64,000 nucleotides of DNA. Origin: a virus (Duplodnaviria > Caudoviricetes). Under the pieces are notes generated by a model that saw only the letters and a program-made list of their open reading frames with translations, was not told the DNA's origin and ran no database searches. The DNA lies in IMG/VR virus record IMGVR_UViG_3300003320_000620, positions 24,095 to 88,094 of that record, one strand, 5' to 3'. Position numbers and translations under genes: made by a program. Below, in pieces: positions 35,254-44,234 of the stretch. How positions within the stretch are numbered: the stretch's first letter is position 1; each line of letters starts with the position of its first letter.

Positions 35254-36225
35254 ATGCCTAAAACCATTCTAAACATGGTTAATTCAGCCCAAGCCGAACT
35301 TGGGCTGGCTCAATCTACATCGCTGTTTACGGCAGGCTCTACGGACGTTACCGGCACTCAAATGCTGGCACTGGCCAACCGTGCGCTCGACGAAATCAGG
35401 CGCATGCACCGATGGACAGCCCTAGACTTTGAATACAACCTTGTTGTTAGCACACCTCTGATAACTACTGGGGACATGGTTGCTGGGTCTGCTGTAATTA
35501 CGAATATACCCAGTACCGCTACGCTCACAGCCAACAATTACATGGTGTCGGGGGATGGTATACCCGCACCAGCACGTCTCCTATCAGTAGACAGTGCTAC
35601 CCAAGTCACCATGACCATGGAGAATTCCAACACTACGAATTTGACCGGAACTTCAATAACTTTTGCCCGTGATACCTACCCAATCCCAGCTGATTTCGAC
35701 AACTATCATAATAGGACTATGTGGGACCGCACAAATAGGTGGGAACTGCTAGGCCCTGACAGCCCGCAAATAGACCAATGGCATAGATCAGGCATTGTAG
35801 CTACGGGGCCACGGCGCCACTTCAGGCAGATCGGCCCGTATTCTAGCAATTTCCGTATTTGGCCACCACCAGCTGAGATTGTAGCTCCCCTTCAGCTAGT
35901 CTTTGAATACAGCAGCATCTATGCTGTAGCCCTTAATGGAAGTTCAACCAATTTTGCTCAGTATTTTGCCAACGATGCCGACACTATATTGCTTGATGAA
36001 AATGCCCTGATCATGGGCATCAAGTGGATGTTTTGGGAAGTCAAAGGCTTTGGCAGCTACGTTACCTTGCAGAACCGCTGGATAGATTACGTTAACCGTC
36101 TAATTGCACGTGACGGTGCCAATGAAACCCTTAGAATGGTTCAGCGCAGAGATCCACTGCTCATTTCTCCTGCGAACACGCAAGATGGGTTTTTCCCTGG
36201 CCCAGTGGGACCAAATGAAAGCTAG
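35254..36225 (+). CDS. Head-tail adaptor-like protein (putative)
   Basis: Position before tail genes; WELLGP.SPQ.DQW and RIWP.P motifs. Confidence 0.6.
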   Translation: MPKTILNMVNSAQAELGLAQSTSLFTAGSTDVTGTQMLALANRALDEIRRMHRWTALDFEYNLVVSTPLITTGDMVAGSAVITNIPSTATLTANNYMVSGDGIPAPARLLSVDSATQVTMTMENSNTTNLTGTSITFARDTYPIPADFDNYHNRTMWDRTNRWELLGPDSPQIDQWHRSGIVATGPRRHFRQIGPYSSNFRIWPPPAEIVAPLQLVFEYSSIYAVALNGSSTNFAQYFANDADTILLDENALIMGIKWMFWEVKGFGSYVTLQNRWIDYVNRLIARDGANETLRMVQRRDPLLISPANTQDGFFPGPVGPNES

Positions 36226-36273
36226 TTGACAGGGGTTGTAAAACTGCTGTATAGCCTCCTTAACCAAGGAGGT
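36226..36273 (+). promoter_or_regulatory. Putative promoter plus RBS-occluding hairpin for the HNH gene
   Basis: TTGACA (36226) with TATAGC (36250), 18-nt spacer; CCTCCTT-AACC-AAGGAGG stem hides the SD. Confidence 0.6.
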
Positions 36274-36277
36274 TTCG

Positions 36278-36985
36278 ATGAGAGGGCGTAAGTACGATCC
36301 AGAGTTTATGGCTGTTCTAAAAGAACAGGCAGAGGTCGATCCTGATACCGGCAAACTGAGTTTTAAGAAATTGTATGCTTCATTAGCCGTAAACGTAGGC
36401 TGGAGGGATGGTGTTATTGTTATTCCATACAGCCACATTGTTTGGTTTCTTACACATGGGGAATGGCCAGAACCAGGAATGCATGTTGATCATATAAATG
36501 ACAATCCACTTGATAACAGATTGCTTAACTTAAGGATTGTTACTGAGGAGGAAAACCACAAAAAACGCAGAGGCAGAGCGGTAAACAGAAATTATGGATC
36601 AGGAAAATATGGTTTTGGCCTTTGCATACACCACGATAAGCGTGATGGTAGGTACTATGTTAATCGCCATTTGTCACGCGGGCATGGAAATGGTGAGTTA
36701 AAGACAATAAGAAAAGGATTGGGTGGTTTTGACACCTTAGAGGAAGCTGAAGACAGGGTTAATGACGCGATAGATCAAATAAAGGCCAATGGCTTGGATT
36801 TCATCCCAGTATACGAAAATATTGGTAAGAAAAGAGAAAGTTTGTTTCTTCAGTCTCAAGTAGAAAAGATGCGTGTTTTGCGTCGTGAAGGTAAAACTCT
36901 TGATGAGATCAAAAGAATTACTGGGTGTAATACTGTATACAAATTTGTCCGTGACATTGAGTCTGTTCGAGACAAGAAGAAATAA
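36278..36985 (+). CDS. Free-standing HNH homing endonuclease
   Basis: H.VW..THGEWP...VDHINDNPLDNR..NLR...EN; AP2-like LG.FDT.EEA segment. Confidence 0.88.
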   Translation: MRGRKYDPEFMAVLKEQAEVDPDTGKLSFKKLYASLAVNVGWRDGVIVIPYSHIVWFLTHGEWPEPGMHVDHINDNPLDNRLLNLRIVTEEENHKKRRGRAVNRNYGSGKYGFGLCIHHDKRDGRYYVNRHLSRGHGNGELKTIRKGLGGFDTLEEAEDRVNDAIDQIKANGLDFIPVYENIGKKRESLFLQSQVEKMRVLRREGKTLDEIKRITGCNTVYKFVRDIESVRDKKK

Positions 36986-38115
36986 TGGACGACACGTTCT
37001 TAACTGCTCAAACTCTAAAGAACAGCCCACCACTACCGCAATGGCCTGATCCAGCTATTGATCGCTTCATGGCCTCTTTGGGGCATAAGCCTGCTGTCCC
37101 AAACCCAGATTTAATCCCACCACCATCTCAACAACACGTAACAAACGCTAGAAGTGCTATAAATCAGGCTCTATTTGAACCTGGGATGGAATTAGGTGAA
37201 ACCCTAAAGCGAACAGCTGACAGTCAGGGTAGTCCTTCTGACTACGCAGACATAGTTTCAAACCTGACTGGTTTGGTGCCTGCCGGTGCTTCTAAAGCGC
37301 TTATTGCTGGTCCTCTGGCTTTGGGTGCTGACCTAAAAAAGCTTTCCTTGGCACAAAAGATGGCCAAGGCTGATGAAGCCCTAAGGAGTGGTGGAAATTT
37401 AAGCCCTATTGAACAGGGGGCTGCAAAAATCAAATCTGAGCGAGAAATCTATGATAATACTGGCTGGTATCGTGGCGTAGACGGTAAATGGCGGTTCGAG
37501 ATACCTGACAGAAACACTTTGTTTTTCAGGGAATCAAAACCTACAGGTGAGATACCGCTAAGTAAGAACTTTTATCACGCAGAATTGTTCAAAAACTACC
37601 CAGACATGAAGAATATGAATTTGCAATGGGGCGATGCAAACACTTTAGGCGGCAACTATTTTGGAATGCATCATCCAGATGAAAATTTAATTCAGCTGTT
37701 AGTTGGAAGATCCAGAGAGGACACGAAAAGTACATTGCTGCACGAATTGCAGCATGCAATTCAACAAAGAGAAGGTTTTGCTCCAGGCACAAACGTAGAG
37801 CATCTTGGCGAACTGACACGCAAACATCTTATAGACAGTGGCAAAATTCCAGATAGGTCAATGTTTCCAGACGACAAGTCATGGCATGAAGCTTTAGACA
37901 AAATAGAATCTGTGCCTTTTAATCTTTACAAACGCCATGCTGGGGAAGTTGAAAGCAGAACTGTTCAACACCGTTTTGCACACCCATACATAGATATTCC
38001 GCCCTATTATGGTGATTACCCCCGTCAGGAACAGATAATTCCCTATGAGTGGCTGCGTCATCAGCCGAAAGACGTTCAAGATTACGTCAGAAGCAACCTA
38101 GATCACTATAAATAA
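36985..38115 (+). CDS. LPD23-like domain protein with zincin HExxH motif
   Basis: TGWYRG.DGKWRFEI.D, H.ELFKNYP, LLHELQHAIQ.REGF..G, GEVE.R. Confidence 0.65.
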   Translation: MDDTFLTAQTLKNSPPLPQWPDPAIDRFMASLGHKPAVPNPDLIPPPSQQHVTNARSAINQALFEPGMELGETLKRTADSQGSPSDYADIVSNLTGLVPAGASKALIAGPLALGADLKKLSLAQKMAKADEALRSGGNLSPIEQGAAKIKSEREIYDNTGWYRGVDGKWRFEIPDRNTLFFRESKPTGEIPLSKNFYHAELFKNYPDMKNMNLQWGDANTLGGNYFGMHHPDENLIQLLVGRSREDTKSTLLHELQHAIQQREGFAPGTNVEHLGELTRKHLIDSGKIPDRSMFPDDKSWHEALDKIESVPFNLYKRHAGEVESRTVQHRFAHPYIDIPPYYGDYPRQEQIIPYEWLRHQPKDVQDYVRSNLDHYK

Positions 38116-38125
38116 TGTCAGGACC

Positions 38126-40294
38126 ATGCTGATGGATTTTCAAACGTTAGCAGATGCGCTGAAGCGCACACGCGAAGCCACTGACATAACTAACTTAGTC
38201 CCAAGAGCTGTTGGGCCGACTACTGGTAGTATACCTCAGGATATGATTGGTTCGCTGCCAGCAGCCTTAATGGGACTTGGTCCATCAGGACGTGCAGCCC
38301 CTGCTGCTGGTGGCCGAATGGGCTACAGGGATGTATTTACAGGCCGCTATGCCAACCCAGCAAACGATCCTGGTAGGCAGGCCTACCCTGCAGTCGCAGC
38401 CACTCAAATAGCAGGTGCTTTATCCCCAACTGGTGGCCCTCCCAGTATAGCCTCTGAGCCAATTCAAGGCTCACCAGAAATTAATAGAATGCCTCCAGCA
38501 GGCCAACCTGAAATGCCACTTTGGATGCAAAGTGGTATGCAGGAAACTCCTCAGGCACCTAATCCGTTTAATGTTGAGCCCCCACGTCCTGAAGACGCTT
38601 TGCGTGAGCTATACCGTTCAGGCATGAGTGCCGACACGGGCAAAGCAGCTTCTCCTGGTGCCTCTTCTGGTAAGGCTGCACGCCCTAAGCCAAAAAAGAA
38701 AATGGCGTATAAGGCGCCCGCTAAGCCAGAACCAGGGCCATTTGATTTCTTACACAAACTACTTCCGATGGAACAGGGTGGCGTTAACCCGACTGGCCAA
38801 CCCATGCTGGTAGGTGAGGACGGCCCTGAAGTAGTAGTTCCGAGCGGCCCAACAGCAGTCATACCAAACGAAAATTTGCCTAATCTCGCAATCAGGTCAG
38901 GGATGCAGCGTACGCCCCCCGAGCAGGTAGATGCTTTTCCAGCGCCACCACAATCCCGTGCTGATCAGGCTTACCAAACCAGCATTGACAGGTGGAAGAA
39001 CATATTCAACAATCCAGGACCTGCAATAAGCAATCTTGGTACAACAGGCCAGATCATTGGCACTGTTATGGAAAATGCAGATCCTGAAAGAAGGCTTCAA
39101 CGTGGATTGCTGCCGCTTAATGCGCCAAAAACGCCAAAAACAGTAAGCGAAGATGATACAATTCCAGCTTTAGCACAGCCTGCACAGGGCACCCAAGCTT
39201 TGGACCTTCAGGCGCTAATGAAACAGCGTGAATCGCTTAATACTCAACGCCAATCTCTTGATGCTCAACGTTCAACTGCTGTTGCTGACAGAGATATGCA
39301 ACTAAAGGGTGGCATAGACAAGAAAACCGGCAAGCCTATTCAGGCTGGACGTGGGCCAAACTACGACGCCAAAGAAGCTGAGGTGGCACGTCTGACTGGC
39401 GAAGTAGGCACTATTGATGGTCAGATAAAGAATCTTGACGAACTTATTAAAAATCAGACTAAGATTCAATCACCCGAATATCAGGATATGCTTTCTGAAG
39501 GGCGCAAAGCAGCTGCTGTTCGTGATCAAATGCTTACCGATAGGCGTCACACTTACGAAGAATTAGCTCCCAATTGGCTGAAAAATGCACAAGCCGTTTT
39601 GCCGTTTGCAACCGGAGCTACTGTTCAGGGTATTACTGCTTTGGTTCAAGCTTTGAAGAACAGGGTAGGCGCTAACCGATGGTGGAATGCTATAGAAGCT
39701 GCGAATGATGCCAAAACCTACACACCAACCCAAAGAAAAGGCTTTGCCAGAACTTCAGAGGGGTATGAAAAGGAATACCCTAGGCCAACAGTAGGGTCAG
39801 TGTTGGGTTCTTATGGTAAGAACGCAGCCCTTGGAGGGGTTGAGGGTTTTGCTTTGAGCAACTTGCCAGAAGCCTATAACTCATTTCTTCCTGCAGAAAA
39901 CCAAGAGCGGCTTGCTTATGAGGAATACCTAAAACGGCTTCCGCTTGATCATCCTGACCGCCCTCGCGTCGAGGCTATTATAAATAACTTACCACTTGAG
40001 AACCCAGCACGAAAATCAGCTATGCAGCATTTTTCATCTGGCGATTGGCTGACCAGGGGTCGTGTTGGTGCCCTAGAAGGCATGTCTGGTGCCCTTCTTG
40101 GGAAGACTATTGGCGACCTATTTGGGCCAACTTTTCCAAGGCCTGAGGCAGAATCACTTAGGGAAGGTTTGTCAGCATCGTTGCGTAAACCTAGGCAATC
40201 TAAGCCTAAGACAAACCCAGCACCTGCCCCGACGCCAGCATCAGCGCCGACGAAGCCTAAGCGTACGCGTAAAACTGCTACGACAACACCGTAA
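38126..40294 (+). CDS. Large internal virion/ejection-type protein
   Basis: 722 aa, P/Q/A-rich, LVGEDGPEVVVP motif, in the tail module. Confidence 0.55.
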   Translation: MLMDFQTLADALKRTREATDITNLVPRAVGPTTGSIPQDMIGSLPAALMGLGPSGRAAPAAGGRMGYRDVFTGRYANPANDPGRQAYPAVAATQIAGALSPTGGPPSIASEPIQGSPEINRMPPAGQPEMPLWMQSGMQETPQAPNPFNVEPPRPEDALRELYRSGMSADTGKAASPGASSGKAARPKPKKKMAYKAPAKPEPGPFDFLHKLLPMEQGGVNPTGQPMLVGEDGPEVVVPSGPTAVIPNENLPNLAIRSGMQRTPPEQVDAFPAPPQSRADQAYQTSIDRWKNIFNNPGPAISNLGTTGQIIGTVMENADPERRLQRGLLPLNAPKTPKTVSEDDTIPALAQPAQGTQALDLQALMKQRESLNTQRQSLDAQRSTAVADRDMQLKGGIDKKTGKPIQAGRGPNYDAKEAEVARLTGEVGTIDGQIKNLDELIKNQTKIQSPEYQDMLSEGRKAAAVRDQMLTDRRHTYEELAPNWLKNAQAVLPFATGATVQGITALVQALKNRVGANRWWNAIEAANDAKTYTPTQRKGFARTSEGYEKEYPRPTVGSVLGSYGKNAALGGVEGFALSNLPEAYNSFLPAENQERLAYEEYLKRLPLDHPDRPRVEAIINNLPLENPARKSAMQHFSSGDWLTRGRVGALEGMSGALLGKTIGDLFGPTFPRPEAESLREGLSASLRKPRQSKPKTNPAPAPTPASAPTKPKRTRKTATTTP

Positions 40295-41943
40295 TGAGAA
40301 AATCTCAAACAGTATCTAAGGTGCCTTTTTTGGCACCGGATGTCACGACCAAGGTCATCCCAGCCCCCACAGACGGCTGGGATGCAATCTCTCCTCTGGC
40401 TGAAATGGACCCAAAGCGTGCCCCAATTCTGGACAATTGGGTGCCACGTCCAGGTTATGTAGAACTTAGGGGTGGCTATCTGCCCTATTCGAGCACGCTT
40501 GGTACTTCCCCAGTAGAAACCTTAATGGTTTACCGCTCACCGACTGGTGAGCAGTTCTTTGCTGCGTCCTCAACTAAGATTTACAATGTAACATCTGGTA
40601 TTCAGCCTGGAACTGCTGTCGTTACAAGCCTAACAAATGCTAGATGGCAGTACATAAATTTTACGCCGGGCGGTGGAACTACTGTAATCCAACTGGTTAA
40701 TGGTGCAGATCAGCTTCAGCAGTACGACGGCACAAACTGGACGGTGCCAGCCATTACTGGCCTTCCAGGTGGAAGCAGTGCTGGCATCATAAACATCAAC
40801 GCTCAGAAGCGTCGGCTTTGGTACATAATGAAGAATTCATCTGTTGCTGCTTTTATGCCAACAGATGCAATTACAGGGCCAATAGCTGGCACCCTAGATT
40901 TAGGCGCTTTATGGTCAAAAGGTGGCTACCTCGTAGCCATGTCTGCGTGGACAATTGACGGTGGTTCTGGCCCGCAGGACTACGCCCTTTTTATCTCTTC
41001 TAGAGGTCAGGTAACCCTGTATCAGGGGACAGACCCAACAAACACAGGTTCCTGGGGCCTCGTAGGTACTTTTGACATTTCACCGCCTATCGGGCGCCGC
41101 TGCCTAACTCGCATAGGCTCTGATGTTGCCATCATAACCGAAGCCGGTTTGATCCCAATATCTCAAGCACTTCCTTTTGATCCTAGTGCTGACAGATCAG
41201 TAGCCATTACGGCTCGTATTCAGAACGCTATGGCTTCTGCAGCTTTGATGGGGTCAACAATCTTTGGATGGCAATTTATTTCTTACCCCAATCAGCAGTT
41301 GGGTATTCTAAACGTTCCGCTCGCTGAAAACAGCCAGTCTTATCAATTTGTCCTCAATGCTTTAACAGGGGCATGGTGCCGTTTTACAGGATGGAACGCT
41401 AACTGCTTTGAGATATACAATGACGACCTTTATTGGGGTGGTAATGCAGGGCAGATAAATCAAGGTTATGTTGGGGGTCAGGATTGGACCAGTTCTATTC
41501 AAGCCGACATGCAATGTGCTTATAATTGGTTGGACGATCCAGGCAAAACCAAACGAATGACAATGGTCCAACCCCTCATGACGCTTGGTGCATCACTGAC
41601 GCCTACCCTAGCCGTAGACGTAGACTTTGAATCCTCAAATGTCAGTGCTCCAATTACGTCCTTTAGCGGGAACGTGCTGTGGGATTCAGCAATTTGGGAT
41701 AGCTCAGTTTGGCCTGTTGATACCATAAATTACAAGATATGGCTGTCAGTAAATGCCCTTGGCCACGCCATGGCCATAAGAATGAAAGTTAACATTAACA
41801 CTCAAACGAACCAGTCTATAATTGGGGAATTTGATGTCGGGCTGTTTGACTTTGCTGTGTTCGATGGAACCTTCTCATCCAATTTGCCAGTTCTTAGGGT
41901 CAACGTTTTCAACTCAATAACAGAAAATGGAGGAGCAATCTGA
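40294..41943 (+). CDS. Tail hub/stabilisation protein (P22 gp10-like, putative)
   Basis: 549-aa beta-propeller-like protein; canonical position. Confidence 0.65.
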   Translation: MRKSQTVSKVPFLAPDVTTKVIPAPTDGWDAISPLAEMDPKRAPILDNWVPRPGYVELRGGYLPYSSTLGTSPVETLMVYRSPTGEQFFAASSTKIYNVTSGIQPGTAVVTSLTNARWQYINFTPGGGTTVIQLVNGADQLQQYDGTNWTVPAITGLPGGSSAGIININAQKRRLWYIMKNSSVAAFMPTDAITGPIAGTLDLGALWSKGGYLVAMSAWTIDGGSGPQDYALFISSRGQVTLYQGTDPTNTGSWGLVGTFDISPPIGRRCLTRIGSDVAIITEAGLIPISQALPFDPSADRSVAITARIQNAMASAALMGSTIFGWQFISYPNQQLGILNVPLAENSQSYQFVLNALTGAWCRFTGWNANCFEIYNDDLYWGGNAGQINQGYVGGQDWTSSIQADMQCAYNWLDDPGKTKRMTMVQPLMTLGASLTPTLAVDVDFESSNVSAPITSFSGNVLWDSAIWDSSVWPVDTINYKIWLSVNALGHAMAIRMKVNINTQTNQSIIGEFDVGLFDFAVFDGTFSSNLPVLRVNVFNSITENGGAI

Positions 41944-42389
41944 TGAGCACAGGTCTTCTCATTGGGCATGATGAAGCTATTTGGCAGTGGTTGTCATCAA
42001 AAGACAACCAAGTATTTGAGAGGTTTTATAGGTGCTTAGGAATCATAAAGAATGATGTGTTATCTGGGGCTATTCTGTTCAATGGCTGGCATGGGGCCAA
42101 TGTAGAACTGAGCTATTACGGCGAAAAAACCATGACCTTAGGCATAGTAAGGAGTATATGCACCTACGCCATTACAGAATTTGACGTTGCACGTCTTACG
42201 TGCGTGACCAGCAAGCGCAATAAGCGCCTTATGAAGTCTTTGCAAAAGCTTGGATTTAGGTTAGAAGGGATGCAGCGTTGCTATTATGGCAAAAAAGATT
42301 GCAATAGAAATACTGGTGTTCGCTTTGTTCTGTTTAGGGAGGGCGTTGAGCGGTTAGCTTACGGACGTCGTAAAGTAGAGGCGGCCTAA
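41943..42389 (+). CDS. GNAT-like protein of the podovirus tail module
   Basis: N....K.L.KLGF..EG..R motif. Confidence 0.6.
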   Translation: MSTGLLIGHDEAIWQWLSSKDNQVFERFYRCLGIIKNDVLSGAILFNGWHGANVELSYYGEKTMTLGIVRSICTYAITEFDVARLTCVTSKRNKRLMKSLQKLGFRLEGMQRCYYGKKDCNRNTGVRFVLFREGVERLAYGRRKVEAA

Positions 42390-42583
42390 TGTTTGGAATG
42401 ATCCCTCAAACTGCTCAAAGCCCCACAATGAACGATCAGTTCGGGGCTAATCTTCCAGGAATTCAGGGTTCAAGAACCATAGGCCCTGGCACCACAGGCC
42501 TTTCCCAGAGCCCACTGTTGCAACAGCAACAAAATCAAATGTTGATCAAGCTTCTCCAGCAGAAGGGAACGCCCAATGGGTGA
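42389..42583 (+). CDS. Small Q-rich protein
   Basis: 64 aa, overlaps neighbouring start/stop codons. Confidence 0.45.
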   Translation: MFGMIPQTAQSPTMNDQFGANLPGIQGSRTIGPGTTGLSQSPLLQQQQNQMLIKLLQQKGTPNG

Positions 42584-43622
42584 CGCCCCTGATCCCAGTC
42601 AAATCCAACAGCAAACCATATCTACCGCCAATGCGCTTGGTGGGAAGCAGACACAGGCTAACATAGGTGCCCAACGGGGCTCTATGGTTAACCAGTCTAA
42701 CCCTTATGGGAACCTTACCTGGTCTCAGATTGGTACTGGCCCTAACGGCGTACCGATTTATGGCGCAAATGTGGACCCGAGCGCAGCAGCTGCGCCGACC
42801 TGGGCGAACATGTTCGCTGGTCAAGCCCTTGCTGGCGGTCAAGCCAATGCTCTTCTTGGCAATGCCGACTATGGCAACAATGATCCAACCAGTACAATCG
42901 GCAATATGACTTCTGGGCTGACCGGCAGCCTTCTGAGTAACGAGCTAAACTACCTAAACCCATTTTTTAGCACTGAGCGCAGTCAGCTAGACACACAGCT
43001 TAGGAATCAGGGCCTGCTGCCAGGGCAGCCAGCTTACGACAATGCTATGCGAGGCATGGATACCAACCATGGCCTCACAGTTTCTCAGGCAATTGGCCAG
43101 TTCGAGCCACAGGCTTTCAGTCAGGCAAGTTCCCTTTATACAATGCCCCTTACAATGGGGCAGCAATTGGCCCAGTGGGGTATGCCTACAGACCCAACCA
43201 AGTCGCTTGTGCAGGCACCGCAATTGCAGCCTGCAGACTACATTGGGGCAGGTGCTGTCGGTGCAAAAACAGCTTCAGATGCCTACAACGCGCAGATGCA
43301 GCAGTACTCTGGGCTGCTTAGTGGCGTGTCCAACCTCGGCGGTGCAGGGATCTCTGCCTATGGCATGATGAACGCTGCCCCACTGATTTCTTTCTCTGAT
43401 GAAAGAGTTAAAGAAAACAAAGAGGAAGTTGGGTCTCTTTACGACGGCACGCCAGTCTACACCTACAATTATCTGGGAGACAAAGAGCCAAGAATGGGTG
43501 TTATGGCTCAGGATGTTGAGAAACGTAGGCCTGATGCTGTTGGGGAATTTGGCGGCATTAAAACTGTCGACTACAACAAAGCGACAGCCAGATCACGGGC
43601 TATGAAAGCCCTTTTGGGGTAA
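42576..43622 (+). CDS. Ejection-type protein with C-terminal peptidase-S74/chaperone-like domain
   Basis: SDERVKEN...G..VY.YNY...MGVMAQDVE...PDAV...VDY. Confidence 0.65.
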   Translation: MGDAPDPSQIQQQTISTANALGGKQTQANIGAQRGSMVNQSNPYGNLTWSQIGTGPNGVPIYGANVDPSAAAAPTWANMFAGQALAGGQANALLGNADYGNNDPTSTIGNMTSGLTGSLLSNELNYLNPFFSTERSQLDTQLRNQGLLPGQPAYDNAMRGMDTNHGLTVSQAIGQFEPQAFSQASSLYTMPLTMGQQLAQWGMPTDPTKSLVQAPQLQPADYIGAGAVGAKTASDAYNAQMQQYSGLLSGVSNLGGAGISAYGMMNAAPLISFSDERVKENKEEVGSLYDGTPVYTYNYLGDKEPRMGVMAQDVEKRRPDAVGEFGGIKTVDYNKATARSRAMKALLG

Positions 43623-43624
43623 AA

Positions 43625-44224
43625 ATGGACGACAACACTTTTGGGTTGGCTGAACCAAACAGGGCTGCTCAGACAATAGCGCCAACATATCTTTATCCTG
43701 ACGCTGTGAAGCAGCGACGGCAGATGGCTGAAGCCCTGATGTATGGGTCTGGCCAACAGCAACATCCAACACACTGGACCCAAGCTTTGGGGAATCTTGC
43801 TAACAGGTATGTTGGCAATGCCATGTGGAATCAGGCTAATAATATTCAAAGAAGCAATGATCTTGGCGATAGTAGCACCTTTAAGCAGGGCATGGATAAG
43901 CCGCTTTTTATGCAAAGCGCAGCACAGCCAACCCCACCTCCTACTGCGCCTTTCAGTGGAACCCCGTCAGCACCTCCGATGCTGCATCCTCCAGCACCCC
44001 TTTCTCCTCCAGTGCCTTTCAGTGGGAGCCCGTCAGCTCCACCAATGTCACGCCCCCCAGTTCCTCCTTCGCCCTCAGCGCCACAAGCGCCGCCGAATAT
44101 GACGGCTGGCAACCCAGTACCATTCCCTAGAATTGGCGGCATGCCTCAACCTTCGCCTTTTATGCCTCAATTAAATCAGACGACACCAGAACCGCAGCAA
44201 TGGCCGCCTGGGCTCTTTAGCTAA
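43625..44224 (+). CDS. Pro-rich ejection-type protein
   Basis: N-terminus similar to the next gene; Pro-rich repeats. Confidence 0.55.
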   Translation: MDDNTFGLAEPNRAAQTIAPTYLYPDAVKQRRQMAEALMYGSGQQQHPTHWTQALGNLANRYVGNAMWNQANNIQRSNDLGDSSTFKQGMDKPLFMQSAAQPTPPPTAPFSGTPSAPPMLHPPAPLSPPVPFSGSPSAPPMSRPPVPPSPSAPQAPPNMTAGNPVPFPRIGGMPQPSPFMPQLNQTTPEPQQWPPGLFS

Positions 44225-44234
44225 TGAGCTAATT

